Below, one piece after another: positions 9,808-22,485 of a DNA stretch of 57,392 bases. The position numbers were made by a program, and so were the translations under genes. The notes under the pieces were generated by a model, which made no database searches, was not told the DNA's origin, and worked only from the letters and a program-made list of their open reading frames with translations. The DNA is taken from contig CAUYUJ010000032.1 in the NCBI GenBank assembly GCA_963575745.1, positions 62,001-119,392 of the forward strand. Direction: 5' to 3'. This stretch comes from Prorocentrum cordatum (taxonomy: Eukaryota). Within the stretch, counting starts at the first letter, position 1. The number at the start of each line of letters is the position of its first letter.

Positions 9808-12063
9808 ATGGCTACGGGGCTCCAGTGCGACACGAGGACGGCACCCGCCACGGCCGAGCCCAGCCCAGGCGAGCCGGAGGAGCGCGCAAGTCTCGTCTTC
9901 GAGGAGCGCGAGCTGCAGGAGGCGCCGGCCGCGCGGCCCCCCGCCGCGAGTGGCGAGCCGCTGCCCGAGCGGCAGTGGGCGTGGCTGGCCGCCCGCTGGC
10001 TGCTGCTGGCGGCGTGCGGCGCCTGCCTCGTGGGCGTGGGGCTCTTCGGGGCCCCGCTGCTCGAGGGCAGGAGGTCGAGGCAGGAGGTGTTCCGGCGCGT
10101 GGAGGCCCCGCCCGTCGTGGAGAGCAGCACAACCAAGGTCGCGGTCCTGATCCAGGCCGCCCAGTGCTCCAAGTCCCCGCTGCTTCACGAGGGCGGCGCC
10201 GTCTTCGAAGAGCTCGTGTCCGAGTGCCTGGGCAGCATCGCCGCGGCAGCGGCAGAGCTGAACTGGACCGTCTCGGTGAGCTTGGCGGTGAGCCCAGAGT
10301 GCCACTCGGAGTTTCTGCCGGCCTTTGGGTCATTCCCTGTGCTCGGCGAGGCGAGCATCCACGAGGTGCCCGGCCACACCAACGCGGAGATGCTCGCCTG
10401 GCAGCTGGAGGAGGCCAAGGCCTCTGGCGCGGCCCACGATCTGGCGCTGCTGCTGGGCGCCGACGAGGGGGCCGACGTGGCGCGGCGGGCGGTGCAGTCG
10501 CTCTGCGGCACGCCGGCCCAGGTCCACTCGGTCCAGCGATTGTTCGCCGAGAAATGGACGCTTGGCCTGGTGGCCCCGTTGGGCACCGTGGTGACCAACA
10601 AAACGAGCACGGACGACATCCTGCCGTGGCTTCGGCAAAGGCGCTTCAAGGGCGAGGCGGCGTGCGACAGTGCCGTCAGCGGCGCCCGGCTGGCTCGCTT
10701 CGGGGGCAACTTGTCCGAGTGGGAGGGCGCTGTGGCCGTCGTGGGTGGCATGTACTGGGCTCGGTGGGGGCAGCTCGACTTGGGGCCGCGCCCTGCGGCG
10801 GGCGTCGTGGAGCTCAGCAAGGCGTTGAGGCTGCAGCTGGGCAGCCATACCCCTGACGGCAAAGACGCGCAGAAGTCTTTGCTCGAGGTCTACGTCCCGA
10901 CCGCCCTGCGGCTGCTGTCCCTGAGGCTGGCCGAGATACCGCCGGCGCCGAAGCCCATGGCCTTGTACTTTCCCCAGTACCACCCGATTCCCGAGAACGA
11001 CAAGTTCTGGGGGAAGAACTTCACGGAGTGGACGCTCCTGAGGCCTTGCCAGGTTGAGGGGATACGGAAGCCACTGGGGGTTGAAGCTGGGGGGTTGGGC
11101 TACTACGACCTCCGCGACGCGTCCGTGCGCGCGAAGCAGGCGGAGATGGCCAGGAAGTACGGCGTGCACGGCTTCGTGTACTACCACTACTGGTTCAGCA
11201 GCGTGGAGGGCGAGAAAGTTATGTTCAAAGTCCCGGAACTTCGACTCGAGGACGGTCAGCCCGACGTCCCTTTCATGTTGAGTTGGGCGAACGAGGCCTG
11301 GACCCGGCGCTGGGATGGCAGCACCAAGACGGACAACAACACGCTGTTGGCGCAGAGCTACGGCTCCGCCGACGACTGGGCCAGGCACTTCCGGTACCTC
11401 CTGCGATTCTTCAAGCATCCCAAGTACATCCGGGTGGAGGGCAAGCCCGCGTTCGCATTGTACAGGGCGGGGCTGATGGAGGACAGCCTGAAGCCCATGC
11501 TGAGGCTGTGGGAGGGCCTCGCGCGCGACAGCGGCCTGCCAGGATTGCACGTCATCGTTACGATGGCCGGCAAATTTGGCAAGAAGGACTCCGAGGAGCT
11601 GCGGTGGACGCACACGCCACTGATCGAGGCGGCGTTCCATTTCCCGTCGCTACAGTTCTGCTGCTGGGACGCGGATAACAAGTCCACGTGGCCCCCAGCG
11701 CCTGCTGAGGGCAAGCGCCCGTGCTCGACGGTGGCGAACAGCCCTGCAATGTCGCAGGCCACGCAGTACTGGGGCGCCACCGCTGGATTCGACAACCGCC
11801 CGCGCCACCCAGGGAGGAACGAAACTGATAATGGGAGCGTGCTGGAGCCGTGGATGTTCCGAGTGGCCGTTGAGGCCTCTTTGCAGTCGATGTCTCAGCA
11901 AGGGGGGAGAGACGTCCAGGACAACCTGTACTTCATCGGCTCCTGGAACGAGTGGAACGAGCAGAGCGTGCTGGAGCCGAGCGACGTCTTCGGGTTCGGC
12001 TTCCTGGAGGCCCTGCTCTCCGCGTTGCGCAGGGTCCCCGCGCGCATGCTCGAGGACTGGTGA
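9808..12063 (+). CDS. Intronless type II membrane protein (751 aa): N-terminal TM anchor, RgpF (rhamnan synthesis F)-like domain and WbsX-family glycosyltransferase/GH99-like domain; retrogene
   Basis: WbsX motifs ALYFPQYHPIPENDKFWGKNFTEW, LGYYDL, QAEMARKYGVHGFVYYHYWF, WANEAWTRRWDG, YIRVEGKP, GFDNRPR, SWNEWNE..LEP; RgpF-like KVAVLI, LGLVAP, GGMYWAR (weaker); TM segment WLAARWLLLAACGACLVGVGLFG; strong GC3 bias. Confidence 0.92.
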   Translation: MATGLQCDTRTAPATAEPSPGEPEERASLVFEERELQEAPAARPPAASGEPLPERQWAWLAARWLLLAACGACLVGVGLFGAPLLEGRRSRQEVFRRVEAPPVVESSTTKVAVLIQAAQCSKSPLLHEGGAVFEELVSECLGSIAAAAAELNWTVSVSLAVSPECHSEFLPAFGSFPVLGEASIHEVPGHTNAEMLAWQLEEAKASGAAHDLALLLGADEGADVARRAVQSLCGTPAQVHSVQRLFAEKWTLGLVAPLGTVVTNKTSTDDILPWLRQRRFKGEAACDSAVSGARLARFGGNLSEWEGAVAVVGGMYWARWGQLDLGPRPAAGVVELSKALRLQLGSHTPDGKDAQKSLLEVYVPTALRLLSLRLAEIPPAPKPMALYFPQYHPIPENDKFWGKNFTEWTLLRPCQVEGIRKPLGVEAGGLGYYDLRDASVRAKQAEMARKYGVHGFVYYHYWFSSVEGEKVMFKVPELRLEDGQPDVPFMLSWANEAWTRRWDGSTKTDNNTLLAQSYGSADDWARHFRYLLRFFKHPKYIRVEGKPAFALYRAGLMEDSLKPMLRLWEGLARDSGLPGLHVIVTMAGKFGKKDSEELRWTHTPLIEAAFHFPSLQFCCWDADNKSTWPPAPAEGKRPCSTVANSPAMSQATQYWGATAGFDNRPRHPGRNETDNGSVLEPWMFRVAVEASLQSMSQQGGRDVQDNLYFIGSWNEWNEQSVLEPSDVFGFGFLEALLSALRRVPARMLEDW

Positions 12064-12192
12064 TGCGGCGAAGCCGCCCGCCCGTCCGCCTGGCGCTGGA
12101 GCGGCAGCGCCCCGGTCTGCGCCGTCCTGCTTATCCTCATCCTCGTTCTCGTCCTCTTCCTCCTGCTGTCAACCTCGGGCCTTGTATAGTAA

Positions 12193-12364
12193 TCGGGGGT
12201 GGACAGAACCCCCAATAGTGACACGTCGATTAGTGAATCGTCCGTTTTCGGTTCTCGAGAGGGCGCCGCGGCCGTCATTTTCCAGGCTTGCGCCCGCCAG
12301 GTTTGGGCCCGAGGTCGTTTTCACTAAACCACGTTTTACTACAGGGGGGTCTGTCCATCCCCGA
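12193..12364. mobile_element. MITE with TCGGGG...CCCCGA termini, probable 5-bp TSD
   Basis: tcgggggtggacagaacccc vs gggggtctgtccatccccga inverted; TSD agtaa/ggtaa. Confidence 0.75.
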
Positions 12365-12904
12365 GGTAACTGCCTCGCGCCATGTCGAGAGCAACAGAGA
12401 ATCCAGGGCAGGACGAGCGGCCCTCGCTTGTTTCATGGCGCGCCACCGCGGCCCCTGGTGCCGGGGACAAGGTCGCCCCTGCCGCCGGTGTCGGCTGCGC
12501 CTGGCGCCGCCGCCGTGGGTCCACAGCAAGGGGGGGCGGGAGTCCACACGTCTGCTAAGGAGGAGGAGGAGGAGGAGGAGGAGGAGGAGGAGGAGGAGGA
12601 GGAGGGGGAGGAGGAGGAGGGGGAGGAGGAGGAGGAGGAGGAGGAGGAGGAGGAGAAGGAGGGAGGAGGTGCCTGTGGAGGAGGTGCCTGTGGAGGAGGA
12701 GGAGGGGGATCTTTGCATCGGTGCGCCCACGGCTCGCCCGGCACAGACGCGCCATAGGCGTGACCTTCTTGCCGCGGCGGACTGCACGAACAAAAAAAAG
12801 AAGAAGAAAAGGTCACCGCCCAAGCCCTCCACCGGCCCATCCCTCCCCGCCTTCCTCTCTCCCTCCCTCCCGTCTTTCCTGGAGCCGGAGAGCGAAGCAG
12901 TCGG

Positions 12905-13897
12905 AGAGCTGGTAGGCGGAAGGGCGGGAAGCTGGAAGGTTGCAGTCCGAAAGCTTAAGAATGAGGGACAGCTGGAATATGGGAAGCTCGGGAGCTGAAA
13001 GCCGGCAACAAGCTGCACGATGAGAAAATTGGAAAGCCATTGAGAAGGTTGAAAGCCGTCGAAAGCCGAGTTGAAAGCGGGAAAGCTAGAGAGCTAGAGA
13101 GCTGGAGAGCTGGAGCGCTGTAAAGCTGGAGTGCGGGAAGAAAGCTGGAAGACAGCTGGCACGCTGGAATGTCAGAAAGCTGAAAGCTGGCACGTTGGAA
13201 AGTTAAGCAATACGACATTTGGAAAGCCGAAAGTTGGAAAGTTGTAAAGCCGTGGAGTTGGAAAGCTGGAAACTTGGAAAACCGAGCTGAATGTTCGAAA
13301 GTTGTGAAGCGGAAGATTTGACCAATTGCAAAGCGGAGAGCTGATCACGTGTAGAGTCAGAAGTTAGACAGTTGGAAAGCTGAATCAAGTAACTGATGAA
13401 CTATGAAAGACGAAAGCTGGACAGCCAGAAAGCTGAAAGTTGAATATCTGTCAACCTGGAGCATTCAAAGTTGGAGAGCAGACGTTGGGAAAGTTGAGAG
13501 CTGAAAGTTGGATAGCTGGAAAGCTGCCCGCTGTCGTAAGCTGAAAGACGGTTAGCTGGACAGCCGGATAACAGAAATTTGGAACAACAGAAACATTAAT
13601 CTCAGACAGCTGGAGAGTTGAAAGAAAGCTGGAAATCCGAGACATGCAAGCAGGGACGCTGTAAAGCTGGAGAGCTGAAGTGCTGGAACACCGAGAGCTG
13701 GAAACTGCACTATGGTACATCTGGAAGCCAGGTAGCTGTAAGGCTGAAGCTCGGAAAGTTGAGATTTGAGAGCTGGAAAGTTGCCAGCAAGAAAGCGGGA
13801 CAACCGAAACATTAGGCAGTTGAAAAGCTGGCAATTCAGTTGGACAGCTGGAAAAAGCGAACCAGTTGGAAAGTTGGAAAGCATAAAACTGGGCAGC

Positions 13898-13937
<40 letters not shown>

Positions 13938-14115
13938 TATGCACATATATATACATATATATATAGAGCTTGTAACTTGGAAGGCTGTTAAGTTGGAACG
14001 TTGGAAAGCTGAAGCGTTGAACGTTAGAAAACTAGACCCAGAAAGCTGGAAGAATTTTGGAAGGCTGGGAAGCGGACAGCTGGAGAGCCAGACGTACAGG
14101 GGGTGTAAAGCTGGA
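12905..14115. repeat. Degenerate (GAAAGCTG/GAAAGTTG)n array with an internal (TA)n at 13901-13965
   Basis: Dense aagctgg/aaagttg motifs. Confidence 0.85.
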
Positions 14116-14413
14116 AGCAGTTCCTTGCTGCTCCAGGCTGAACGACGGCGGCTGGTCGGCCGATCGCCCGGGACGCCGAAAGACTGCGAGGGGACGGAAG
14201 GCTGGGGAAAGAGCTGGAGCGACCCCTCCCCTCCCTTCCCTGCGCCCCCTCCGCGAGGAGGCCAGGGCCGTGCAGCCGCCGCCGCCCCGGCTCTGCCCGG
14301 AGGGCGGGGAGGGCGGGTGGTGCGCGGGCAGGCAGGCCTGCTCTCGGGCGCGGACCTGCGAGACTCCGCGGCCCAGCCGGATCCGCTGATTGGCCCTGGG
14401 CGGGGCTTCCCCT

Positions 14414-14716
14414 TCCAGGCCTCCCGGGTGCGGTCCGAGCAGATGGGTCAGAGGACTGTGCCGCGTCGCCGACGTGTCGCAGCTGCGACTCGATGCGGAG
14501 CCCGATGTTCTCCGCGCTGGCTGGCCGATCCACCGCTGACGTCGCCGATGTGCCGCCGATGCGCCGCCGATGCATCGGCGATGCATCGGCGGTGCGGCGC
14601 GATCCTCCGACCCCATCTACTCGGAGCCCCTATTTGGGAGGCTTCTACGGTAGAGGTAGAAGCCTCCCAACCGGGCGGTTCGAGCAGACGGAAACGGATG
14701 TTGGGGGGAGCTTCCA
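14414..14716. mobile_element. Palindromic MITE-like element (14414-14648) plus a short adjacent copy (14656-14716)
   Basis: tccgagcagatgggtcagaggactgtgccgc is inverted to gcggcgcgatcctccgaccccatctactcgga; the junction forms a perfect 15-bp stem at 14634-14670. Confidence 0.6.
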
Positions 14717-15431
14717 GGGGTACGAGCAGAAGCCATCCTGGGGGACTCTGGGGAGGAAGGCAGAAGTTGCCCTCGCCAGGTCCGCCCGGGGCCCCGGGGC
14801 CGCTCCACGAACGGGTCAGGAGGAACGGGCAGCCCCAGGGAGGGAGGGAGGAGGAGGAGGCGGAGGAGGAGGAGGAGGAGGAGGAGGCGGAGGAGGAGGA
14901 GGAGGAGGAGGAGGAGGAGGAGGAGGAGGAGGAGGAGGAGGGAGGAGGAGGAGGAGGAGGAGGAGGAGGAGGAGGAGGAGAGGAGGAGGAGGGGAGGGAG
15001 GAGGAGGAGGAGGAGGAGGAGGAGGAGGAGGAGGAGAGGAGGAGGAGGCGGGAGGAGGAGGAGGAGGAGGAGGAGGAGGAGGAGGGGAGGAGGGAGGAGG
15101 GAGGAGGAGGAGGAGGGCTCAGGCCCGCTTGGCAGGGCTAACGCCTGGGGCCCAGGCCTCGCAGAGGGGTTGGGGCTCGGGGCTCGGGGCTCGAGGACCG
15201 AAGGTCCAGATCTTCTGGACGGCCCTGGGCGACGTCCGTGTACACTCTCGATCGTGTGAGTATCTGAGGCCGTCTGCGCCCTCCCTCTTCTCCTCCCCTT
15301 TCTCCCCCCTCCCAGTGGCGCCAGCTCGGGCAGCTCTTCAGCTGCGCTTCCGTTGCGTTTTCTGCCCACGCGTCCTTCACGGATGCACGGCTTTCTGGTT
15401 TTGTCTTGGGCCTCTGGGAGGCCTCTCTCAG

Positions 15432-15590
15432 GAGGGGAAAAAACACAGACACAATCAATCGTCGACTCCCAGGAAAATATGCGAAAATATGGGAAGTGGG
15501 GGGGAAGACGAAAGCCCAGACGATATGGGAAAAGGTGGGGAATCCTGTTATTGGTGTCTATCTATCTGTGTGTCCCAGGGCCCCTTCACT
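15432..15590 (+). repeat. Dispersed repeat of about 150 bp (second copy 16795-16937)
   Basis: gagggg..aaacacagacacaat...tatgggaagtgggggg...ctgtgtgtccc.gggcccc.tcac in both copies. Confidence 0.75.
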
Positions 15591-16363
15591 CTCGTCGCCA
15601 CGCCTGGCCCCCTGGGCCGATCTTTGAGGCCCAGGGCCCAGACCGACCCCTGGCGCCGCGCGGAGCAGCAGGGCGGCGGGCCCTTTCCTCCTCCTCGGCC
15701 TCACGAGGCCCGCCCCGGGCCCCCGGGACTCCCTCCTCCTCCTCCTCCTCCTCCTCCTCCTCCTCCTCCTCCTCTCCTCCTCCTCCTCGTCCTAGTCCTC
15801 CTCATCGTCCTAGTCCTCCTCCTGCTCCTGCTCCTCCTCCTCCTCCTCCTCCTCCTCCTCCTCCTCCTCCTCCTCCTCCTCCGGGGGTCCGCGTCGCGAA
15901 ACGACCCTGGCGTCGGACGCCTGGGTCAGAAGGGCTCCGAAGAGGGCTCTGGGCAGCCCCAGATCTCGGAGGCCGCCGGCTGTACGAGTGCACCAGTCCT
16001 GGCCAGTGCAGTCCTGGGCCAAAGATGTGTGTGTGTGTGTGTGTGTGTGCTGCGCTCCTGCCTCTGCGGGACGCCCGCACAGAGCGGCTAGTGCTCCTCG
16101 TGCCCGCCAACCGCGCCAGGTTGGCTATACGTGCTGCCGCCCATTGGTCTCGCGATGCGATCTCCGTGGGGCGCTCCCGTGGCGGGCACTGTCTCTTCTT
16201 TCCTCGCCATCCCCGCCCGGATGGCTATGCGCTGCCCACCCCCCAGGGTGGCACGTGCGGCGATCCAGGTTGATCCCGCCTGAGGGCCCGGCCACGCGCG
16301 CCCGCTCCTGTTGCTCTTCGACTTGCCCGCCTCGTCGCTGCGCGCGAGGCCGCGACCGCCAAA

Positions 16364-16623
<260 letters not shown>

Positions 16624-17615
16624 ACAGCCCTGGCCAGGGGATTCCTTTGGGAGCGACCTGGGGATGCCTTGGGGCAGCCGCGGGACTCCTGCAGAAGTCC
16701 TGCGCCATGGGAGGGCGCCCGCGCCGCGGCCCCGTCCGAGGGTAGGCCCGGCCAGGGCCGGCGTGTACCGCTGGCGCCTTCCTGCCATACTCGGGAGGGG
16801 AGAAACACACACAGACACAATTGATTTGGGAATCTATGGGAAGTGGGGGGGAAAACGACACCCCAGCAAGCATGGGGAAGTATGGGGGATCCTGGGATTC
16901 GTGTGCATTTCTCTGTGTGTCCCTGGGCCCCCTCACATGCCCCCGCACGCCCTGGGCGCCGAGGACCTCCCTGGGGGGGGCGCGTGCGGTGCCCAGGCGT
17001 GGCTCGAGTCTGACTGTTCAGGGGTTGTTCCCCCCCCCCCCCCCCTCCTTGCACGCCGGCCGATTCGCTAGTTGGTGCCCGTCTCTAGCTTCTCGCTGGA
17101 GCGGGGTTCGCCGCCGCGCCGTTGACGAAAAAAAAGTTCAGGGGTTCCTGCGAGCGGGGCAGCTGGCTTGGCTGGCCGGGGGGGCAGTGGGGGAGGGCGG
17201 GCAGCACAGGCAGCAGCGGGAGCACGAGCAGCTGGAGCTGCAGCCATGTGCTCCGCGGACTGGAGGCCTGAAACAGCCGGACTCATGTGGCCGCGATCAT
17301 GCAAGGCTTGCGGCTCTGGAGGTCCCGTCCAGGGAGTACGGGCCGTCCGCGATGCTTGGGTGGGCCCCTGGGTGCCAACCATGCCAGAAGTGCAAGTACG
17401 CTGGCCTGCGATGCCAGGCAAACGCCACGGGCGATTGGAGGTTGGGGGTGAGATCGAAGTGAAGCGGATTCGCCCAGCCGAGAATTTGATTTCAGTTTCG
17501 GTTCGTGCCGTGCATGACGCGCGCGCGGGCGCGGCGCAGCTGCGCGAGTTCCCGCCCCAGTCGAGGCCACGTCGGGCCAAAACGAGTCGCCCTGGTCTGG
17601 GCGTTGTGTCGCGGT

Positions 17616-17786
17616 TGGTTGTCCCGGTGGTTGTCCCGATGGTTGTCCCGATGGTTGTCCTTATGGTTGTGCTGACGGTTTTACCGATGGTTGTCTCGAT
17701 GGTTGTCCCGATGGTTGTTCGGATGGTTGTCCGGCGGTTGTCCCGATGGTTGTCCCGATGGTCATTCCGATGGTTGTCCCGATGGT
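17616..17786. repeat. 12-bp tandem repeat (GGTTGTCCCGAT)n
   Basis: About 14 copies. Confidence 0.92.
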
Positions 17787-18075
17787 TCTGTGATACCATA
17801 ATATGCAAACGTTCGCCCTCCGAGGCCACAATACCAAAACGTGCGCCTTGCGGGGCAAACACATAAAGCGTGCTTCGCGGAGCAACAAGATGGTAACACA
17901 TCGCCCCCTGGGCAAGCAACACGCAACGCATGATGGATAGCAAACGTACGGACACATTGACCTATGGAAGTAGGTGGACACATAGTGATATCGATGTATA
18001 CGTATATGTAAGGTTAAATATAGATTTCCCTGACAGTGCTTGCACATAGGGGTTCTGATTTCTTTTCTAGGGAGC

Positions 18076-18415
18076 TGGGCCTGCTTGGCGGTCAGGCGGC
18101 TATGTTGTCGCCGTCGCCGTCTCGTTGCCGCCCATACTGAGCCTGTCTGGCGGTCTGGCGGCTATGTTATCGCCGTCGCCACCACGTCGCCGCCTTGTCG
18201 CCGCCCGTCGTCTGGGCCTGTCTGGCGGTCTGGCGGCTATGTTAACGCCGTCGCCGCCCCGTCGCCGCCTCGTCGCCGCCCGTCGTCTGGGCCTGTCTGG
18301 CGGTCTGGCGGCTATGTTGCCGCCGTCGCCGCCCCGTCGCTGCCTCGTCGCCGCCCGTCGTCCGGGCCTGTCTGGCGGTCTGGCGGCTATGTTAACGCCG
18401 TCGCCGCCCCGTCCC
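18076..18415 (+). repeat. 75-bp GC-rich minisatellite (related copy 48775-48960)
   Basis: ctgggcctgtctggcggtctggcggctatgtt..cgccgtcgccgccccgtcgccgcc; both sites are followed by attgcaccac motifs. Confidence 0.88.
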
Positions 18416-18479
18416 GTTACCACCGCCCCGTTGCACGCCGTATTTTTCACGACTGCACTACATAGATTGCACCACATGG

Positions 18480-19174
18480 ATTCTCTTTTCTAAAACGAGA
18501 ATAGACTCTCCCCCCCCCCGGCGTTATCGCCCCCCTTTCGGGTATGTAAATCATATAGAATCATATATGATTGTGACCACATGTCCATCCTAAATGTGAA
18601 TTTGCACTATCCCCGGGGGGCCGGTATCGCTTCCCCTGAGGTTCCTTGGTAACAAAAAAACAATACGCGGGACATTTTTTGTTCTAGCATAAGACTTTTT
18701 CGCGAATCTTTTGCGAAACATTGGACGAAGTGCACACGCGCGCGTCGTCGCGCGCGCGTGCCGAAATCCTTCAAAAACCTTCGGTGCCGGAAGGATTTCG
18801 CAATCGAGTTTCCAAAAAACATACAACAACACAGGGTTTCGCAACATTGATTTGCTAAAAAGATTTACGCGCGAGCTCTTGCGAAATCTTGAGAAAACCA
18901 TGGGTTTTTCAATATTTTCGCAACGTGCTACCAAACGGGCTTCGCGCGCGCGCATGTCGAAATCTGTCGAGCGCCCTTGCGCGTGTGCCGTCGCGAGAAT
19001 CCTCTGCAAAAAAACGGAACGAAGTGCAGACGCGCGCGTCGTCGCGCGCGTATGCCGAAATCCTTCAAAACCCATCGGTTTCGGAAGGATTTCAAAATCG
19101 TGTGTCCAAACAACCTACAAAAACACAAGGTTTCGCAACACGGATTTTCAACAAAAGCGTGCGCGCGCGCTCTT

Positions 19175-19221
<47 letters not shown>

Positions 19222-22200
19222 CTCCCTCCTCCCGCGTCGTCGTCGTCGTCGTCGCCTACGTCGTCCTCTGTCTTTCCTCGTGTTTGTCGTCGTCGTCCTC
19301 TTTGGCGTCGTGGTCGTTTCCGTCGTCGTTGTCGCCGTGGACGTTCCTCCTCCTCCTCCTCCCTCGTCGTCGTCGTCGTCAGTCGTCGGCGTCTCGTCGT
19401 CGTCCCTCCTATTTCGTCGGCGTCATCGTCGTTGTCGTCGTCGTCGTTGTCGTCGTCGTCTTCCCTCCTCCCTCGTCGTTGTCGTCGTCGGCGTTGCCGT
19501 CCTTCCTCCTTCTTCGTCGTTCGCGTCGTCGCCGTCCTCCCTCCTCCCTCGTCGTTGTTGTCGTTGTTGTCGTTGTCGCCGTCGTCGTCGTCCCTCCTCC
19601 CTCGTCGTCGTCTTCGTTGGCGACGTCGTCGTCGGCTTCGTCGTCGTCGTCGGCGTCGGCGTCGTCGTCGTCTTCGTCGTCGTCGACGTCGGCGTCGTCG
19701 TCGTCGCCATCGTCGCCGCCGTCGTCGTCGACGACGCTGCGCGCGCGAGCATGCGCGGGCAAGCGCGGCGGCAGAGATGCACCAGCCAACACCCAGGACT
19801 CATCGCAATCGCTCCCGCATGGGTTTTGCAAACCAAGTTGCTGGTGGGTGGGTGGGATGATTACGCGAGCAGTGGAGCGGACAACTTCAAGTTCGGCAAG
19901 TGAATTCTCCTTTCTAAAAACAGAACAGACTCTACCCCCGCGGAGTTATCTCTCCCCCTTTCGGGTATGTAAATCACATATGATACTGACCACATGTCCA
20001 TCCTACATATGAAATCGCAATGTCCCAGGCCAGCCGGTATCCCCCCCCTGAGGTTCCCTTGTAAAACAACAGTATGCGGTGACATTTTTTGTTCTAATAT
20101 AGCACTTTTTCGCGAATCCTTTGCAAGACATGGGACGAAGTGCGCACGCGCGCGCCGTCGCGTGCGCATACCGAAATCCTTCAAAAACCTTAGGTGCCGG
20201 ACGGATTTCGCAATCGAGTTCCCACAAAACATACAACAACACATGGTTTCGTAGCACTGATTTGCTAAAACAGCTTACGCGCGAGCTCTTGCGAAATCTT
20301 GAGAAAACCATAGTTTTTTTTTTTTTTTCTTTTTCAATATGTTCACAACGTGCTACCAAACGGGCGTGTCGCGCGCGCATGTCGAAATCTGTCGAACGCC
20401 TTTGCGCGTGTGCCGTCGCGAGAATCCTCTGCAAAAAATGGGACGAAGTGCAGACGCGCGCGTCGTCGCGCGCGTATGCCGAAATCCTTCAAAAATCCTC
20501 GGCTTCGCAAGGATTTCAAAATCGTGTGTCCAAACAACCTACAAGAACACAAGGTTTCGCAATACGGATTTTCAACAAAAGCCTGCGCGCGCGCTCTTGC
20601 GTCGTCGTCGTCGTCGTCGTCGCCGTCCTCCCTCCTCCGTCGTGGTCGTCGGCGTCGTCGTTCTCTGTCTTTCCTCGTCGTCGTCGTCTTGGCGTCGTCG
20701 TCGTTTCCGTCGTCGTTGTCGCCGTAGTCGTCGTTTCCTTTTCCCTCGACCTCGTCGTCCGTCGTCGGCGTCTCGTCGTCGACCCTCCCATTTCGTCGCC
20801 GTCGTCGTCGTCGTCGTCGTCTTCCCTCCCTCGTCGTTGTCGTCGTCGGCGTCGCCGTCCTCCCTCCTTCTTCGTCGTTCGCGTCGTCGCCGTCCTCCCT
20901 CCTCCCTCGTCGTTGTCGTCGTTGTCGTCGTCGTCGTCCTCCCTCCTCCCTCGTCGTCGTCGTCGTCGTCGCCTTCGTTGGCGGCGTTGTTGTCGTCGTC
21001 GTCGTTGTCTTTGTCGTCGGCGTCGGCGTCGTCGTCGTGGGCGTCGTCGTCGTCGTCGTCGTCGGCGTTGTCATCGTCGTCGTCGTCGGCGTCGTTGTCG
21101 TCGTCGTCGTCGGTGTCGTCGTCGTCGTCGTCGTCGTCGTCATTGTCGTCGTCGAAGTCATTGGAGACGTCGTCGGTGTCGTCGTAGTCGGTGTCGGCGG
21201 CGCCGTCGTCGTCGTTGTCGCTGTCGTCGTCGGCGTCGGTGTCGTGGCCAAGTGCCATGTGGTACCTACCGTCACGGTCTTGTCTTTAGAGGTCTTGCGA
21301 CCAAGTTGCGGGTGGGAGGGTGGGATGTTTGCACGAGCCGTCGTCGTCTTCGTCGTCGTCGGCGTCGTCGTCGTCGTCGTAGTCGTCGGAGACGTCGTCG
21401 GTGTCGTCGTAGTCGTTGTCGTCGGTGTCGTCGTAGTCGGTCTTAAGAGGTTTTGCAAACCAAGTTGCGGGTGGGCGGGTGGGATGTTTGCAAGAGCGTG
21501 GGATGCGTCAAATCATGGGTACAAATCAATATTGCACCGCATAGATTGCTCCACATCGATTCCCCTTTCGTGCAAGAAGGTATATTCTACCCCCATCACC
21601 CCCCCCGGGGTTATCGGCCGCGCGTTTCAGTTGGAAATTCATCTATGATCGTGCCCCTTCATCTTCCCTATGAATTCATACCATCCCAGGCCAGCCGGTA
21701 TCGACCCCCCCCCGCGATCCTCTGCCAAAAATATTACGCGCGCGCACTCGCTTATTACAATTCATTGTTTTTGTTTCTGTTTTTTCCCTTCAAAAACCCC
21801 TTTCAAAACTTCGGACGAAGTGTGCACGCGCGCGTCGTCGCGCGCGCATGCCGAACTCCTTAAAACACCTTTGCTTCCGGAAGGATTTTTACATCGATTG
21901 TCCACACAACTTTTTTAAGAAGAAAAACAGCGTTTCGCATAACGGATTTTCAACACAAGCGTGCGCGCGCGCTCTTCCGAGTTCTTCAAAAAACATGCGT
22001 TTTTTTTAAACAAAATTTAACAACATGCTATCAAACGGGCTGCGCGCGCATGTCGAAATCGTTCGAACGTCCTTGCGCGCGTGCTGGGGTGGCACGATCC
22101 GTGTCAAATCATAACATGCGAACCACTCTCGCGCGTCTGCCGCGCGCGCATTTCGACCGTCGTCGCTGTCAGCATCGTCGCCAGGGTCGCTACTATCATC

Positions 22201-22485
22201 ATCGTGTCTACCATTGTCGACGTTGCTATGATACCGCGCTCGCCCAAGTCGCCGACTCGCACTGAAGTGCTCGTTGGGATGTGCCGAGCGGTCAGTACCA
22301 CCGCGTTCCCGCCGGTCGCGCCAAACTAGCTGGCCGCTGCGCGCGCGAGCATGCGCGGGCTAGCGCGGCCGCAGAGATGCAGCAGCCAACACCAAACACT
22401 CATCGCAATCGCTTCCGCATGGGTGGGTGGGTGGGATGTTTGCGCGAACAGTGGAGTGGACATCTTCAAGTTGAGCATTGGTGAA
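18480..22485 (+). repeat. Three tandem 1-1.6-kb macro-units, two containing expanded (CGT)n tracts
   Basis: Units at about 18480-19900, 19905-21520 and 21560-22485 share gcgcgtcgtcgcgcgcg..ccgaa and gggtgggatg segments; (CGT)n at 19175-19735 and 20600-21440. Confidence 0.85.

Noticed and set aside
10330..11640. 436-aa antisense ORF
   Set aside because: Shadow of the GC3-rich WbsX-like gene on the opposite strand.
9808..12063. Bacterial contaminant contig
   Set aside because: The SL relic, the N-terminal TM anchor and continuous eukaryotic repeat flanks argue for a nuclear location.
12791..12812. Poly(A) remnant of the retrogene
   Set aside because: A-rich but short, 730 bp downstream, and with no matching TSD; cannot be supported.
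14634..14670. Rho-independent terminator-like hairpin
   Set aside because: Explained by two abutting MITE termini; there is no U-tract.
18711..21648. Long poly-S/V/R ORFs
   Set aside because: Products of (CGT)n tracts, which are open in all frames.
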